Shown here: positions 7,100 through 17,522 of the stretch, one piece after another
Layout: each line of letters opens with the position of its first letter
How positions within the stretch are numbered: position 1 is the first letter of the stretch
NCBI GenBank assembly: GCA_964532285.1
Contig: CAZHHB010000001.1
Coordinates: 77,916-141,915, forward strand
Reading direction: 5' to 3'
Length of the DNA stretch: 64,000 nucleotides
Origin: an uncultured Candidatus Saccharibacteria bacterium
GTDB taxonomy: Bacteria > Patescibacteriota > Minisyncoccia > Phycocordibacterales > PALSA-1337
Notes under the pieces: generated by a model
The model's input: only the letters and a program-made list of their open reading frames with translations
Told to the model about the DNA's origin: nothing
Databases searched by the model: none
Position numbers and translations under genes: made by a program

Positions 7100-9241
7100 A
7101 TGAATAAAAAAGAATACTCTATTGAGGTCGGTGGCAAGACTTTGTCTGCTGAATTCAATGATCTCGCAGATCAAACCAATGGTTCTGTGATGGTTCGTTA
7201 TGGCAACACCATAGTCATGGCCACAGCCGTCATGAGTAAGGAATTAAAAGAAGGTGATTTTTTTCCATTAACAGTTGATTACGAGGAGCGTTTTTATGCT
7301 ACTGGGAAAATATTGGGCTCAAGATTTATGCGCAGGGAAGGACGACCGTCCACTGACGCCATCCTTTCTGGACGTATTGTGGATCGCACCATTCGCCCTT
7401 TATTCAATCAGAAAATGCGCAATGAAGTCCAAATAATATTGACCACTATCTCTGTGGATCAAGATGATCCTGATGTAGTCTCTGTCATTGCTGCGTCACT
7501 CGCTTTGGGAACTTCCGATATTCCATGGAATGGTCCTGTTTCTGCTGTACGCATGGCAAAAGATGGCCAATGGATCATCAATCCCAACTTCAAAGCTAGG
7601 GAAGAAGCGGGTATAAGCATGGAAATGGTCGCTTGCGGTAAAGATGGCATGATAAATATGATAGAGGTTGGTAGCAAAGAAATCAGCGAAGACACTATGA
7701 ACGAAGCTTTGTCTGAGGCTTCAAAAGAGATAGAGAAAATCCAGAAATGGCAATCAAAAATAATCGCGGAAATAGGTAAGAAAAAAGTAAAAGTGGAAAT
7801 AGCAGAACCTACTCCTGGGACACAAGAACTTTTCGATAAAGAAATAAAGCCGAAACTTGCAAAATATATCATGAGCAACACTCCTGGTCACAAGAGTATC
7901 AATGAAATATCAAAAATGTGGACGGATTTATTCGTAGAGAAATTCCCAGAAGGTAATGTCTTGCTTGCTATGGAAATCTTTGAAGACGCAGTGAATGAGC
8001 TCTTACATAGTGAAGCTATAGACAACGATAAGCGTGCCGATGGCCGAACAATGGATGAGATCCGCCCCCTATTCGCCAAAGCTGGTGGAATATCACCGAT
8101 ATTGCACGGCTCAGGAACTTTCTACAGAGGAGGAACTCATATTCTATCCGTCTTAACTCTTGGAAGTCCCGGTGATGCTCAGGTTATAGATGCTTTGATC
8201 GTCCAAGAAGACAAGAGATTCATGCATCATTACAATTTTCCACCATTCTCTACCGGCGAGACCGGTCGTGTAGGCAATACAAACAGGAGGATGATAGGTC
8301 ATGGAGCTTTGGCGGAAAAAGCCCTGCTTCCAGTCATTCCGGAAAAAGCAAAATTCCCATACACTATCCGCCTAGTATCTGAAGCGATGGCCTCCAACGG
8401 TTCAACTTCTATGGGTTCCGTCTGTGGTTCAACCATAGCTCTAATGGACGGAGGTGTCCCCATCAAAGCCCCTGTCGCAGGTATTGCTTCTGGTCTCATG
8501 ATGCGTAGTCCAAAAGAATACAAAGTCCTCACCGACATCCAAGGTCCAGAAGATCATCATGGCGATATGGATTTCAAAGTGGCCGGTACCCGCGAAGGCA
8601 TAACAGCTGTTCAAATGGATGTGAAAGTTGGCGGAATACCACTCAAAATATTGGCCGAGGCTTTCGAAAAAGCCAAGTCAGCCCGTTTCCGCATCTTGGA
8701 TGTTATAGAGAAAGAGATACCGAAGCCACGAGCAAATATTTCTCCTAGTGCTCCCGAGATAATAATGATGAGTATCAAGCCTGATCAGATAGGTCTCGTC
8801 ATCGGTAGTGGAGGAAAGACGATAAATGAAATCCGCGATGTCACAGGAGTGGATGATATCACAATAGAAGATGATGGATCCATCTTCATCACAGGCAAAG
8901 AGGGTAGTGCAGCCAAAGCCAAGGAAATTATCTTCAATATGACACGAGAATATCTGCCGGGAGAGAAATTTGAAGGTGAAGTAGTTCGCCTCATGGACTT
9001 TGGAGCCTTCGTGAAGATTGGTCCGAACGCTGAAGGACTTGTTCATGTCTCCGAGATAGCACCATTCCGTGTAGAAAGAGTTGAGACTTATCTGAAAGAA
9101 GGGGACAAAGTTCCTGTGGCGGTAAAAGAAATAGATGATAAGGGCAGGATCAATCTTTCTATTAAGAATGCCAAACCTGACTTTTTCACAAAGAAGGAAG
9201 AAACTCCAAAACCTAGGACGGAATTCAAGAAGAGGTTTTAG
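7100..9241 (+). CDS. pnp: polynucleotide phosphorylase
   Basis: 713 aa with two RNase PH domains and KH and S1 tails. Typical motifs are GRxxDE.R.L and FGAFV.I. Confidence 0.9.
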   Translation: MNKKEYSIEVGGKTLSAEFNDLADQTNGSVMVRYGNTIVMATAVMSKELKEGDFFPLTVDYEERFYATGKILGSRFMRREGRPSTDAILSGRIVDRTIRPLFNQKMRNEVQIILTTISVDQDDPDVVSVIAASLALGTSDIPWNGPVSAVRMAKDGQWIINPNFKAREEAGISMEMVACGKDGMINMIEVGSKEISEDTMNEALSEASKEIEKIQKWQSKIIAEIGKKKVKVEIAEPTPGTQELFDKEIKPKLAKYIMSNTPGHKSINEISKMWTDLFVEKFPEGNVLLAMEIFEDAVNELLHSEAIDNDKRADGRTMDEIRPLFAKAGGISPILHGSGTFYRGGTHILSVLTLGSPGDAQVIDALIVQEDKRFMHHYNFPPFSTGETGRVGNTNRRMIGHGALAEKALLPVIPEKAKFPYTIRLVSEAMASNGSTSMGSVCGSTIALMDGGVPIKAPVAGIASGLMMRSPKEYKVLTDIQGPEDHHGDMDFKVAGTREGITAVQMDVKVGGIPLKILAEAFEKAKSARFRILDVIEKEIPKPRANISPSAPEIIMMSIKPDQIGLVIGSGGKTINEIRDVTGVDDITIEDDGSIFITGKEGSAAKAKEIIFNMTREYLPGEKFEGEVVRLMDFGAFVKIGPNAEGLVHVSEIAPFRVERVETYLKEGDKVPVAVKEIDDKGRINLSIKNAKPDFFTKKEETPKPRTEFKKRF

Positions 9242-9248
9242 AGGGGTG

Positions 9249-9327
9249 TTATATTCGCTTCGCTCATATATCGTCGGCGCTCGGATTCTGTGAAAGCGAG
9301 CTTTCACGAATCCTCGCTTGACGCTAT
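9249..9327 (+). promoter_or_regulatory. conserved ~80-nt leader element, copy A, upstream of the membrane-protein gene
   Basis: ttatattcgcttcgctcatatatcg, then gcgctcgg, a hairpin at 9283-9313, then cctcgcttgacgctata, ending 11 nt before the ATG at 9338. It is homologous to 36984-37061 upstream of PBP1A, and the hairpin stems show compensatory changes between the two copies. Confidence 0.5.
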
Positions 9328-9337
9328 AATAATCGTA

Positions 9338-10867
9338 ATGGATGAAGACTCAACAATAATTGAACCTCAGCAAAAACAGGAAGTTCCTCAAACTGACCAA
9401 CCGGGGCAAGTCTCTTCTAGACCTGGTAGTGGAAATGTGTTTGAAATAACACCCAACCTAGATATTTCCCCGGTCAAGGAAACAATCGAGCCACCGAAAA
9501 CAAACTCAGGAACCATCACGGAAAACGAAGTTCCTCGAGACCAACTATACAATCAACTGCTCCAAGAATTGGGAAATGGATCTGAGGGGCCGAGTGAGAC
9601 ACCGGCAAATCCTTTTGTGGCCGCTATTACAGAGAATGTATCTGGCGAAAAGATTGTCCACAACGAACAAAAAAGACCTCTGGAAACAACTGCCGGGCCA
9701 AATTCTAGCTCCTTGGTAAGATCAATGCGGACCTATGAAAGCGATATCGCCGAAGTAATGTCGCGTGGACACACATCGACCGCTTCAATGATAATCGCCA
9801 AAAATCAAAAGGAGGATATGCTGAAGAGGGCTTCCTTCAGTAGATTCGCCGACAACAAACCAGCGACAATAGAGATCCCGTCAGCAAGAGGGGTGGGGAA
9901 AAACGCAATGGAAGGCGCACCAACGGAGAAGAAGATCGAGATGGCACCAGCGATGCAAGTGCCGCCAGTAACGGATGATTCTGTCCGACAATCACTTCAT
10001 ATATTTAGGAAATCATTTATCGTCATAATAAGTCTAATCTTGATAGGGGGAGGTGTCGCGGCGGCATATTATCTGTACAAAGTGAGTCCGCTTAGTACAT
10101 CGAAAAACCCAGCAACAAAAACAAATACCCCACAAACAACAACTTCGTCTACAAAATCACCGACAGGAGTGATACAGGTAGACATGCAGACTATTTTTCC
10201 GGTCGACGGTAAAAACGCAAGTGCTATATTGTCAGGATTGAGAACAGAGATAGACAAAAATCAACCCATGAATAGCATTCGAGAAATTATCCCGACCGAA
10301 ACCACCAACGGAACTGTGGTCCGTCTATCAGCGACAACCATGCTATCACGCATGGACATCACTCCACCTGATATTTTGACAAGGTCACTCTTACCATCAT
10401 GGATGTTGGGTGTGTATGCAGACAACAACGAGGAAAAGAATACTTTTGTCATCGTCACGAACAATTTCTTCCAAAACACTTTCGCCGGCATATTACAATG
10501 GGAGAGTGTGATGCCTGATGAATTAAAACAATTCCTATATGATCCGAGACAGCTGGAGGATATCATAACGGATACACAAACTGACCAGGGACAAGCCACT
10601 GTGTCTTCATCGACAACATCCACAGTGAGTTCAACGACAACATCGACGACTACGGAACCGATCTCTGTCCGCTCTTACTTCACGATACGAGGTCAATTCA
10701 AAGACAGAATAGTCAAAAATAGAGATGTGCGGGAATTCATAACCGATGATGGACAAATCCTGTTCTTATATTCATTCATCGACAACAAAAAACTCATAAT
10801 AGCCACGAGTGAATCCGTGATAAGCGAAATATTGTCACGACTTGAAAAGCAGACTTTTGTAAGATAG
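9338..10867 (+). CDS. hypothetical membrane-anchored protein with a Thr/Ser-rich linker
   Basis: One TM helix (IVIISLILIGGGVAAAYYLY) and a low-complexity T/S-rich stretch. No family was recognised. The start is trimmed to the Met after the leader element. Confidence 0.35.
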   Translation: MDEDSTIIEPQQKQEVPQTDQPGQVSSRPGSGNVFEITPNLDISPVKETIEPPKTNSGTITENEVPRDQLYNQLLQELGNGSEGPSETPANPFVAAITENVSGEKIVHNEQKRPLETTAGPNSSSLVRSMRTYESDIAEVMSRGHTSTASMIIAKNQKEDMLKRASFSRFADNKPATIEIPSARGVGKNAMEGAPTEKKIEMAPAMQVPPVTDDSVRQSLHIFRKSFIVIISLILIGGGVAAAYYLYKVSPLSTSKNPATKTNTPQTTTSSTKSPTGVIQVDMQTIFPVDGKNASAILSGLRTEIDKNQPMNSIREIIPTETTNGTVVRLSATTMLSRMDITPPDILTRSLLPSWMLGVYADNNEEKNTFVIVTNNFFQNTFAGILQWESVMPDELKQFLYDPRQLEDIITDTQTDQGQATVSSSTTSTVSSTTTSTTTEPISVRSYFTIRGQFKDRIVKNRDVREFITDDGQILFLYSFIDNKKLIIATSESVISEILSRLEKQTFVR

Positions 10868-10876
10868 AATTGTGAT

Positions 10877-11239
10877 ATGAACAAAAAAGACACCGAACCC
10901 TTCAAGAAGAAACTAGAAGCAGAAAAAGCTGAGCTAGAAAAGGAGCTCTCTTTGGTCGGACACAAAAACTCTAGCAACCCAAACGGCTGGGAAGCCACAA
11001 CCAGCGACTTAGAAGTTGATTCTGCCGACGAAAATGAAGTCGCAGACAAATTCGAAGAGATGGAAGGGAATACCGGCATTATAGACAAGCTAGAGAAAGA
11101 ACTCAAAGAGATCGACTCAGCCTTAGATCGTATCGCGGAAGGCAAGTACGGCTTGTGCGAATTTTGCGGTAAACCCATAGAGCCAGAACGCCTAGAGGCA
11201 AACCCTTCTGCTCGTATTTCTATAAAACACAAACACTAG
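10877..11239 (+). CDS. DksA/TraR-family protein (C4-type zinc-finger region, degenerate)
   Basis: Coiled-coil N-terminus followed by ..GKYGLCEFCGKPIEPERLEANPSAR, resembling the DksA/TraR C-terminus. The second CxxC is missing. Confidence 0.55.
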   Translation: MNKKDTEPFKKKLEAEKAELEKELSLVGHKNSSNPNGWEATTSDLEVDSADENEVADKFEEMEGNTGIIDKLEKELKEIDSALDRIAEGKYGLCEFCGKPIEPERLEANPSARISIKHKH

Positions 11240-12759
11240 ATAAGTTTCCTCCTGTATTGTAGGGCTTCCAAAATGTGTTCTTTTTTTATGTGAGATATCC
11301 CCGCAAGATCAGCAATAGTTCTTCCAACCTTGATCACTCTATGGAAGGCTCTACCTGATAATTCAAACTTCTTGGCTGAAGTTGCGAGTAGATCACGGGC
11401 ATCATCATCAATAATAATATATTTTTCTATATCGTCAGCACTCATTTCTCCATTGAAACATTTTTTAATTCCATTCATTTTGAATCTTTGCAGTTGAATA
11501 TCTCTGGCTTTTATCACTCTATTTCTAATCACGCTAGAATTTTCCTCTAAGGAATTCTTGTTGGCCAATTTATCATAATCTACTTTATTTACATTCAACC
11601 ACAGATCGAAACGGTCAGTAATGGGTCCGGAAATCTTTCTGCGATATGACTCCATTGTCTGATTCGTACAAGTGCACCCATTACCCTTACCCTTACCACA
11701 AGGACAAGGATTGGTAGATGCCATCAATATACATTGTGCTGGAAATGTAATGACTCCACGAACTCGTGAGATGGTGACTATTCTATCCTCGAGAGGTTGA
11801 CGCAAGGCTTCTATGACACTCCTATCAAATTCCGAAAATTCATCCATAAATAAAACTCCACGATGGGCCAGCGTTATCTCGCCTGGTTTCGGAACACTGC
11901 CACCACCGACTATAGAAGGGTATGAGGCCGTATGGTGAGGCGAACGAAATGGTGGTTTGGATATCAGGGAATTACCCAGAGTCCGAGCGGCAGAATGTAT
12001 ACCGGTCACCTCAACTGATTGTTCATATGAGAGGGCTGGGAGTATAGAAGCAAAAGCCTGAGCTAACATAGTTTTACCAGTACCTGGTGGACCACACATG
12101 ATGAGATTATGGGCTCCAGCAGCAGCTATCTCCAATCCACGCTTGGCAGTTTCATTGCCACGCACAGAACGCATATCTATACCTGAATTTTCATTCTCAA
12201 TATCAATAAATTCTCTAAATGAAACCGGGGTCAAAATATTTGTCCCAGACAGATGCTCAATGATCTGGCGCAGGGAGGACACTGCAAACACCTTTATACC
12301 ACGGGCAAGCGAGGCTTCGTGAATATTATCTTCTGGTACGAAAACTTCTGTAAATCCCATGCTCGATGCTTGGCATAATATGGGCAATAGTCCCGGAACT
12401 TTACGGACCTTGCCTTCAAGAGATAGTTCGCCGAGGAATAACTTGCCATCTTGATCGAAAACGATTTCATCTGCCGCAGATAGATATGTGAGGGCCATGG
12501 CGAGTTCAAAAGATGGACCTTCTTTGCGTATATCAGCAGGTGCGAGCGATACGACAACTTTTTGATTCTTTTGCTTTGGTGAAGTGTAACCGGTATTTTT
12601 AATGGCTGCCGAAATACGATCCTTTGATTCTTCCACGGCTCTATCTCCGAGACCGACAATAGAAAAAGCATGTAGACCGTTGGAGATGTCTACCTCTATA
12701 GTAATAATCAAAGACTGTAACCCTATCAACTGTGCGCTGTATGATTTTGCAATACTCAT
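11236..12759 (-). CDS. comM: YifB/ComM family Mg-chelatase-like AAA+ ATPase
   Basis: Lon-like N-domain, Walker A LIMCGPPGTGKTMLA, a sensor region and a C-terminal region. The start is trimmed to MSIAKSYS (ATG at 12757-12759). Confidence 0.8.
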   Translation of the reverse strand: MSIAKSYSAQLIGLQSLIITIEVDISNGLHAFSIVGLGDRAVEESKDRISAAIKNTGYTSPKQKNQKVVVSLAPADIRKEGPSFELAMALTYLSAADEIVFDQDGKLFLGELSLEGKVRKVPGLLPILCQASSMGFTEVFVPEDNIHEASLARGIKVFAVSSLRQIIEHLSGTNILTPVSFREFIDIENENSGIDMRSVRGNETAKRGLEIAAAGAHNLIMCGPPGTGKTMLAQAFASILPALSYEQSVEVTGIHSAARTLGNSLISKPPFRSPHHTASYPSIVGGGSVPKPGEITLAHRGVLFMDEFSEFDRSVIEALRQPLEDRIVTISRVRGVITFPAQCILMASTNPCPCGKGKGNGCTCTNQTMESYRRKISGPITDRFDLWLNVNKVDYDKLANKNSLEENSSVIRNRVIKARDIQLQRFKMNGIKKCFNGEMSADDIEKYIIIDDDARDLLATSAKKFELSGRAFHRVIKVGRTIADLAGISHIKKEHILEALQYRRKLI

Positions 12760-12823
12760 ACACCCATCATACTCACGAAAGATAAATTCCTGATAAAAAA
12801 GAGATAAATTCCTGATAAAATTC

Positions 12824-13906
12824 CTAAAAAGTATTCTTTGCCCCACGAATCTCAAAGTGTACATGCGGTCCAGTGGTTAAACCTGTCATGCCTATATAAC
12901 CAATAGTTTGTCCCTGACCAACACTCTGACCAACAGTTACAATCCCCTTGGACAGGTGAGAATACAGAGTCTGCGTACCATTTGGATGTGAAATAACTAT
13001 ATAATTGCCATATCCGCCATTCCAGCCACCATTCATCTTTGCAATAATGACTATACCGGAAGCCGAAGCACGCAAAGGTGTGCCGACAGGTGCGGCTATA
13101 TCAATACCGTTGTGTCCATGTAATCCCTGGGATTTTACACCACCCAAAACAGGACGAATGAAATATCCTGGCAAAGAAGACCAATTTGAACCCTCAATCA
13201 AAGTGCTACTTGGTAACTTTGTATTGTTTTGCGGTTGAGGTGTTGATACTTCGGCATTTGGAATGAGTATGGTCTGACCGATAATAAGTTTTGATGATGA
13301 CGTTAGATCATTATAATTCAAAATATCATCAACATCAGCATTGTATTTCAAAGCTATTCCTTTGATAGTGTCGCCACTCTTGATGACATGCTTGATGCCT
13401 GAGATTGGCAGAATAATAAGTACTTGTCCTGCTTTTAGGGTAGATTTGCCAGTCAGATCATTGGCCCACAATACTGTATTGACCGACACACCAAACATTT
13501 TTGCAACACCAGAGAGCGTGTCTCCTTGACGAACGGTATATGTACTGATAGTAGCATTGCCAGTATCAGTACTAGTAGCATTGGAAATGGCGATATCAGC
13601 AATCAAAGTCTCTCCTCCATCAACTGGTATGGTATCAAAGGATTTGTCAGGATTCGGATCAATATTGGCTGCTGCAGCCAAAAGACTTATGTTTTGGGAA
13701 TTTGGATACCGACCGGTGGATTTGGAGCTTGCTGAGGCTTGTTCGGCTCCCAAAATAAGAGAAGACATAAAAGAAACGAGACCTGCATGGGCGGTCTCAG
13801 AGAAATTAAATATGGTAATAAAAGAGAACACACAGACGATTGTCCATGTGATTAGACGCTTAAATAGCTTGCTATTTTGGTTTTCTTTTGAGTTGTATAA
13901 TTGCAT
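12824..13906 (-). CDS. LysM-domain M23 family metallopeptidase
   Basis: Two LysM repeats (YTVRQGDTLSGVA.., HVIKSGDTIKGIA..) and an M23 core (HNGIDIAAPVGTP...HVHFE). There is an N-terminal TM helix. The ATG at 13906 is preferred over the TTG at 13933. Confidence 0.8.
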   Translation of the reverse strand: MQLYNSKENQNSKLFKRLITWTIVCVFSFITIFNFSETAHAGLVSFMSSLILGAEQASASSKSTGRYPNSQNISLLAAAANIDPNPDKSFDTIPVDGGETLIADIAISNATSTDTGNATISTYTVRQGDTLSGVAKMFGVSVNTVLWANDLTGKSTLKAGQVLIILPISGIKHVIKSGDTIKGIALKYNADVDDILNYNDLTSSSKLIIGQTILIPNAEVSTPQPQNNTKLPSSTLIEGSNWSSLPGYFIRPVLGGVKSQGLHGHNGIDIAAPVGTPLRASASGIVIIAKMNGGWNGGYGNYIVISHPNGTQTLYSHLSKGIVTVGQSVGQGQTIGYIGMTGLTTGPHVHFEIRGAKNTF

Positions 13907-14117
13907 AACAGATATAGTCTCACCGCAAGTCAATCGTGTTGGTCATCCAGGTGTTTTTTGTAGTTCACCTTGTAATTATATGGCTCTATATAGCCCTAAA
14001 ATATAAATAGCCTACAAGGCTATGCTCTTAGAGTAGCAGGTGACATTTTATTGTCAATGAAAGCTATACACAGCTTATTAACTTGCTATTAAGTCAACAA
14101 ATGTGGCGCAATTGCAT

Positions 14118-14146
14118 GTGTCGAAGACACTGAGCGGAGCGAAGTG
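14118..14146 (+). promoter_or_regulatory. conserved 29-nt motif 14 nt upstream of the pcrA start codon
   Basis: GTGTCGAAGACACTGAGCGGAGCGAAGTG differs at one position from the copy in front of xerC. The orientation and spacing to the ATG are the same. Confidence 0.5.
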
Positions 14147-14159
14147 CTAAACTACCGTG

Positions 14160-16094
14160 ATGACCACCTTAAATGAAGCGCAGGAAAGGGCAGTAACGAC
14201 CACCGATGGACCGGTTTTGATTGTAGCTGGGGCGGGAGCAGGTAAAACGAGAGTTATCACGCACAGAATATTGAATTTAATCAAAAAGGGTGCTGAACCG
14301 CGTTCCATATTGGCGATAACATTCACCAACAAATCCGCCAAGGAAATGCGGGATAGGGTTTCAGCCTTGCTGACTGATGATAAAGGCCTCAATCTGCCTA
14401 TTTCCATGACAAGCAGACCGTTCGTAAGCACATTCCATGCTTTGGGTGTCCACATTATACGAGAAAATGCTGGACTCTTGGGACTGACACGACATTTCAC
14501 AATATACGATCGTTCAGATTCGAAAAAAGTCATCAAAGAGTCAATGATCCAGTCGTCAGTTGATCCGAAGAAGTTTGAACCTGGAACTGTGTTGAACATG
14601 ATCTCAAGAGCCAAGGGTGAGGGATTTGGCAGGCTAGAATACGCAGATCATGCCAAAGACTTTACCGAGGAGATGGTGGCTGGTATTTGGGAGAAGTATG
14701 AGGCGATATTGGCAAAAGAAAAAGCTCTTGATTTCGATGATTTGCTCTTGAAAACTGCTCAACTCCTGGGAAGGAATGAGGCTGTGCGAAAACATTATAG
14801 TTCCACATGGAAATACATCCATGTCGATGAATACCAAGATACAAATCGTGTTCAATATCAGATAGTAAAATACTTGGCAGAGGAACATCGGAATATCTGC
14901 GTCGTGGGAGATGCTGATCAAAACATATACAGCTGGAGAGGAGCTACTATAGAAAACATATTGAATTTTGAGAAGGATTATCCAGAAGCTACTGTTATCA
15001 CACTAGAAAAAAACTACAGATCAACAAAAACCATACTTGCGGCGGCGAATAATGTCATAGAAAAGAATCGTATGCGCAAAAAGAAAACTTTGTATACAGA
15101 CAATGATCATGGAGATAAAATTTCACTCTTGGTTTCGTATACCGATGCAGATGAAGCGCGTATGATAGCAGACACGGCTCGCGAAATAATCGAAAAGGGG
15201 ACTTCTCCCAGAGAAATTGCCATCTTGTATAGAACAAATTTCCAATCTCGTATCTTGGAAGAGGCATTTATCAAGAAAAATATCCCTTACCAGATGCTCG
15301 GTACGCGTTTCTTTGAAAGAAAAGAAGTGAAGGATGTTTTGTCGTACATTCGAGCGGCTTTGAACAGAGATTCCATGGCAGATATAGGCAGAATCATCAA
15401 TGTGCCGACGCGTGGCATAGGCAAAGCGACGATTGCGAAGGTTATGTCTGGGGCAGAGGCGTCATTGCCGCCAGCAATGAAATTAAAAATCTCTAATTTC
15501 TGGAAACTGCTTGATGATATAAGTAAAGAAATCTTGGAAAAGAAACCTTCAGAGTCAGTAAGATTCGTCATCCGAGAAACGGGTATTGAGAAACAATTAC
15601 TAGAAGGGGACAGTGAGGATGAAGAGAGGCTGTTAAATATTCGTGAACTAGTTTCTGTGGCAACACAATACGATCACCTGAAGCCAGAAGAAGGCATTGA
15701 ATCCCTACTAGCGAATGCAGCTCTGGCGACAGATCAGGATGATTTACAGAAAAATGAAGACGCTGTGAAACTGATGACGGTTCACGCATCGAAAGGACTT
15801 GAGTTTGAATATGTTTTTATCGCTGGATTGGAACAGGAACTATTTCCATTCAAACATCTGGATGAAGAAAATATAAACGAAGGCGAAGAGGAGGAGGAAC
15901 GCCGTTTGTTCTATGTGGCTTTGACTAGAGCGAAAAAGAAAGTATATTTAAGTTACGCTATCATTCGTACGATATATGGGGCTCAAAAAGTCAGTGCTCC
16001 GTCGGAATTCATTGAGGACATAGAAAAGAGGTTGATAGAGGATCATGTTCCAGAGAAGCCAAGTGGTGCAAAAGCGTTATTTATTGATTTTTAA
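14160..16094 (+). CDS. pcrA: UvrD/PcrA/Rep-family ATP-dependent DNA helicase
   Basis: Walker A GAGAGKT, the DEYQDTN motif and helicase motifs III-VI. Confidence 0.85.
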   Translation: MTTLNEAQERAVTTTDGPVLIVAGAGAGKTRVITHRILNLIKKGAEPRSILAITFTNKSAKEMRDRVSALLTDDKGLNLPISMTSRPFVSTFHALGVHIIRENAGLLGLTRHFTIYDRSDSKKVIKESMIQSSVDPKKFEPGTVLNMISRAKGEGFGRLEYADHAKDFTEEMVAGIWEKYEAILAKEKALDFDDLLLKTAQLLGRNEAVRKHYSSTWKYIHVDEYQDTNRVQYQIVKYLAEEHRNICVVGDADQNIYSWRGATIENILNFEKDYPEATVITLEKNYRSTKTILAAANNVIEKNRMRKKKTLYTDNDHGDKISLLVSYTDADEARMIADTAREIIEKGTSPREIAILYRTNFQSRILEEAFIKKNIPYQMLGTRFFERKEVKDVLSYIRAALNRDSMADIGRIINVPTRGIGKATIAKVMSGAEASLPPAMKLKISNFWKLLDDISKEILEKKPSESVRFVIRETGIEKQLLEGDSEDEERLLNIRELVSVATQYDHLKPEEGIESLLANAALATDQDDLQKNEDAVKLMTVHASKGLEFEYVFIAGLEQELFPFKHLDEENINEGEEEEERRLFYVALTRAKKKVYLSYAIIRTIYGAQKVSAPSEFIEDIEKRLIEDHVPEKPSGAKALFIDF

Positions 16095-16158
16095 CCCTAC
16101 TGCGCTCAGACAGTCCTCGGCTTTCAAAAATAAATACTCAACCGAACAAAATAACATA

Positions 16159-16935
16159 ATGAAACTGCAACCGAAAAAATCGTTAGGACAACACTTCTTA
16201 AATTCCAAACATGTACTTGATCAGATTATTTCGGCTGGAGAGATCAAGAGTGGTGAAAGTGTGTTGGAAATAGGCCCTGGTACGGGTATTTTGACAACTG
16301 CATTATTGGAAGCGGGCGCAAAAGTCATTGCTGTAGAAAAAGATAGACTGGCATGTGAATTACTAAAGAGTAAGTTTTCAAGACAAATTGCCGACAAACA
16401 ACTTGAACTGATTGAGGGAGATATTCTAGATGAAAAAACTTTCAACTCTTACGCACTAATCGCCAATATCCCTTATTACATCACCGGCGCTATCTTAGAA
16501 AAATTCCTAGAGTATGAACCTCGACCCAACCGTATGGTTTTATTGGTACAAAAAGAGGTTGCGGACCGCATCGTGGCTTTGAATGGGAAGGAAAGTGTTC
16601 TGTCCATATCTGTAAAAGCTTTTGGTACGCCGAAAATAATCGCCAAAGTACCACCAGGAGCATTTACACCACCACCAACAGTTGATTCAGCGATACTTTC
16701 AATCAAAAACATCAACGACAATCATTTTGTAAATAAATTAACCGGCAAAAAGGCTGATGTATCTGAGTTTTTCAAAATAGTCAAAGCGGGATTCGCCCAT
16801 AAGCGTAAATACCTGATCCGTAATCTTGAGTCTGTAATCGCGCCAGAGAAACTCTCACAAATCTGGCAAGAAAATAAGTTTGATCCGAAGATTAGGGCTG
16901 AAGATCTCAAGTTAGAACAATGGTTTTGTTTTTGA
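16159..16935 (+). CDS. rsmA: 16S rRNA (adenine1518/1519-N6)-dimethyltransferase
   Basis: Contains KSLGQHFL, the GPG.G.LT SAM motif and NIPY. The start is trimmed to the ATG at 16159. Ends with a TGA stop. Confidence 0.85.
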   Translation: MKLQPKKSLGQHFLNSKHVLDQIISAGEIKSGESVLEIGPGTGILTTALLEAGAKVIAVEKDRLACELLKSKFSRQIADKQLELIEGDILDEKTFNSYALIANIPYYITGAILEKFLEYEPRPNRMVLLVQKEVADRIVALNGKESVLSISVKAFGTPKIIAKVPPGAFTPPPTVDSAILSIKNINDNHFVNKLTGKKADVSEFFKIVKAGFAHKRKYLIRNLESVIAPEKLSQIWQENKFDPKIRAEDLKLEQWFCF

Positions 16936-16940
16936 GCCCA

Positions 16941-17096
16941 GCAAATATGTTTTTGTGACAGTCTGCGGTACTCGCTCCGTGAAATTGCTAGGTAAAAGGC
17001 TCAGGAATTGTAAACAATTCCAACGACATTCGCCTTTTACCAAGCAATTTCCACTGCGCTCAGACATGTCCTCGACTGTCACAAAAACATATTTGC
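16941..17096. repeat. structured repeat element, copy 1: 23-bp perfect outer inverted repeat around a 111-bp conserved core
   Basis: The outer arms gcaaatatgtttttgtgacagtc and gactgtcacaaaaacatatttgc are exact reverse complements. The core at 16964-17074 matches 37530-37640 at 110 of 111 positions. The core folds as a long stem (gaaattgctaggtaaaaggc / gccttttaccaagcaatttc) around the hairpin ggaattgtaaacaattcc. Confidence 0.7.
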
Positions 17097-17106
17097 CGAG
17101 CTATAA

Positions 17107-17451
17107 CTAAATACTAGAACCGTGATATAGGATAGGGAATCCTTCGCCCATGAAAACATAGGCAAGCATGCAGGGTGTCGGCACATAAGAAGCCATGCCA
17201 ATAAGCCACTGCTGTGGATGTGGAACTATATGCATGAGGTAAGGAAGATTGCCCCAATTCCACATAAGAGTAATTGGTCCCCTCATTGGTTGATATACAT
17301 AGAGTAAAAGGCCATTATTGCACGGTTGTATAGACATTACTCGTCCTCCGAAGGGCATACCTATGCCTTGGGCATTCAATAGTAATGGCATGGAGATAAT
17401 GAGCAGAAAAACAATACAAAATAAATAGAGTCCGTGATGATTTTGATTCAT
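17107..17451 (-). CDS. small secreted hypothetical protein
   Basis: N-terminal signal peptide. No recognisable family. Confidence 0.3.
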   Translation of the reverse strand: MNQNHHGLYLFCIVFLLIISMPLLLNAQGIGMPFGGRVMSIQPCNNGLLLYVYQPMRGPITLMWNWGNLPYLMHIVPHPQQWLIGMASYVPTPCMLAYVFMGEGFPILYHGSSI

Positions 17452-17522
17452 GCGTTAATTGTAGCACATACTATCCCCATTTCTAAGCCATAAAATAACC
17501 CTTCTCTGATATAATTACTAGC

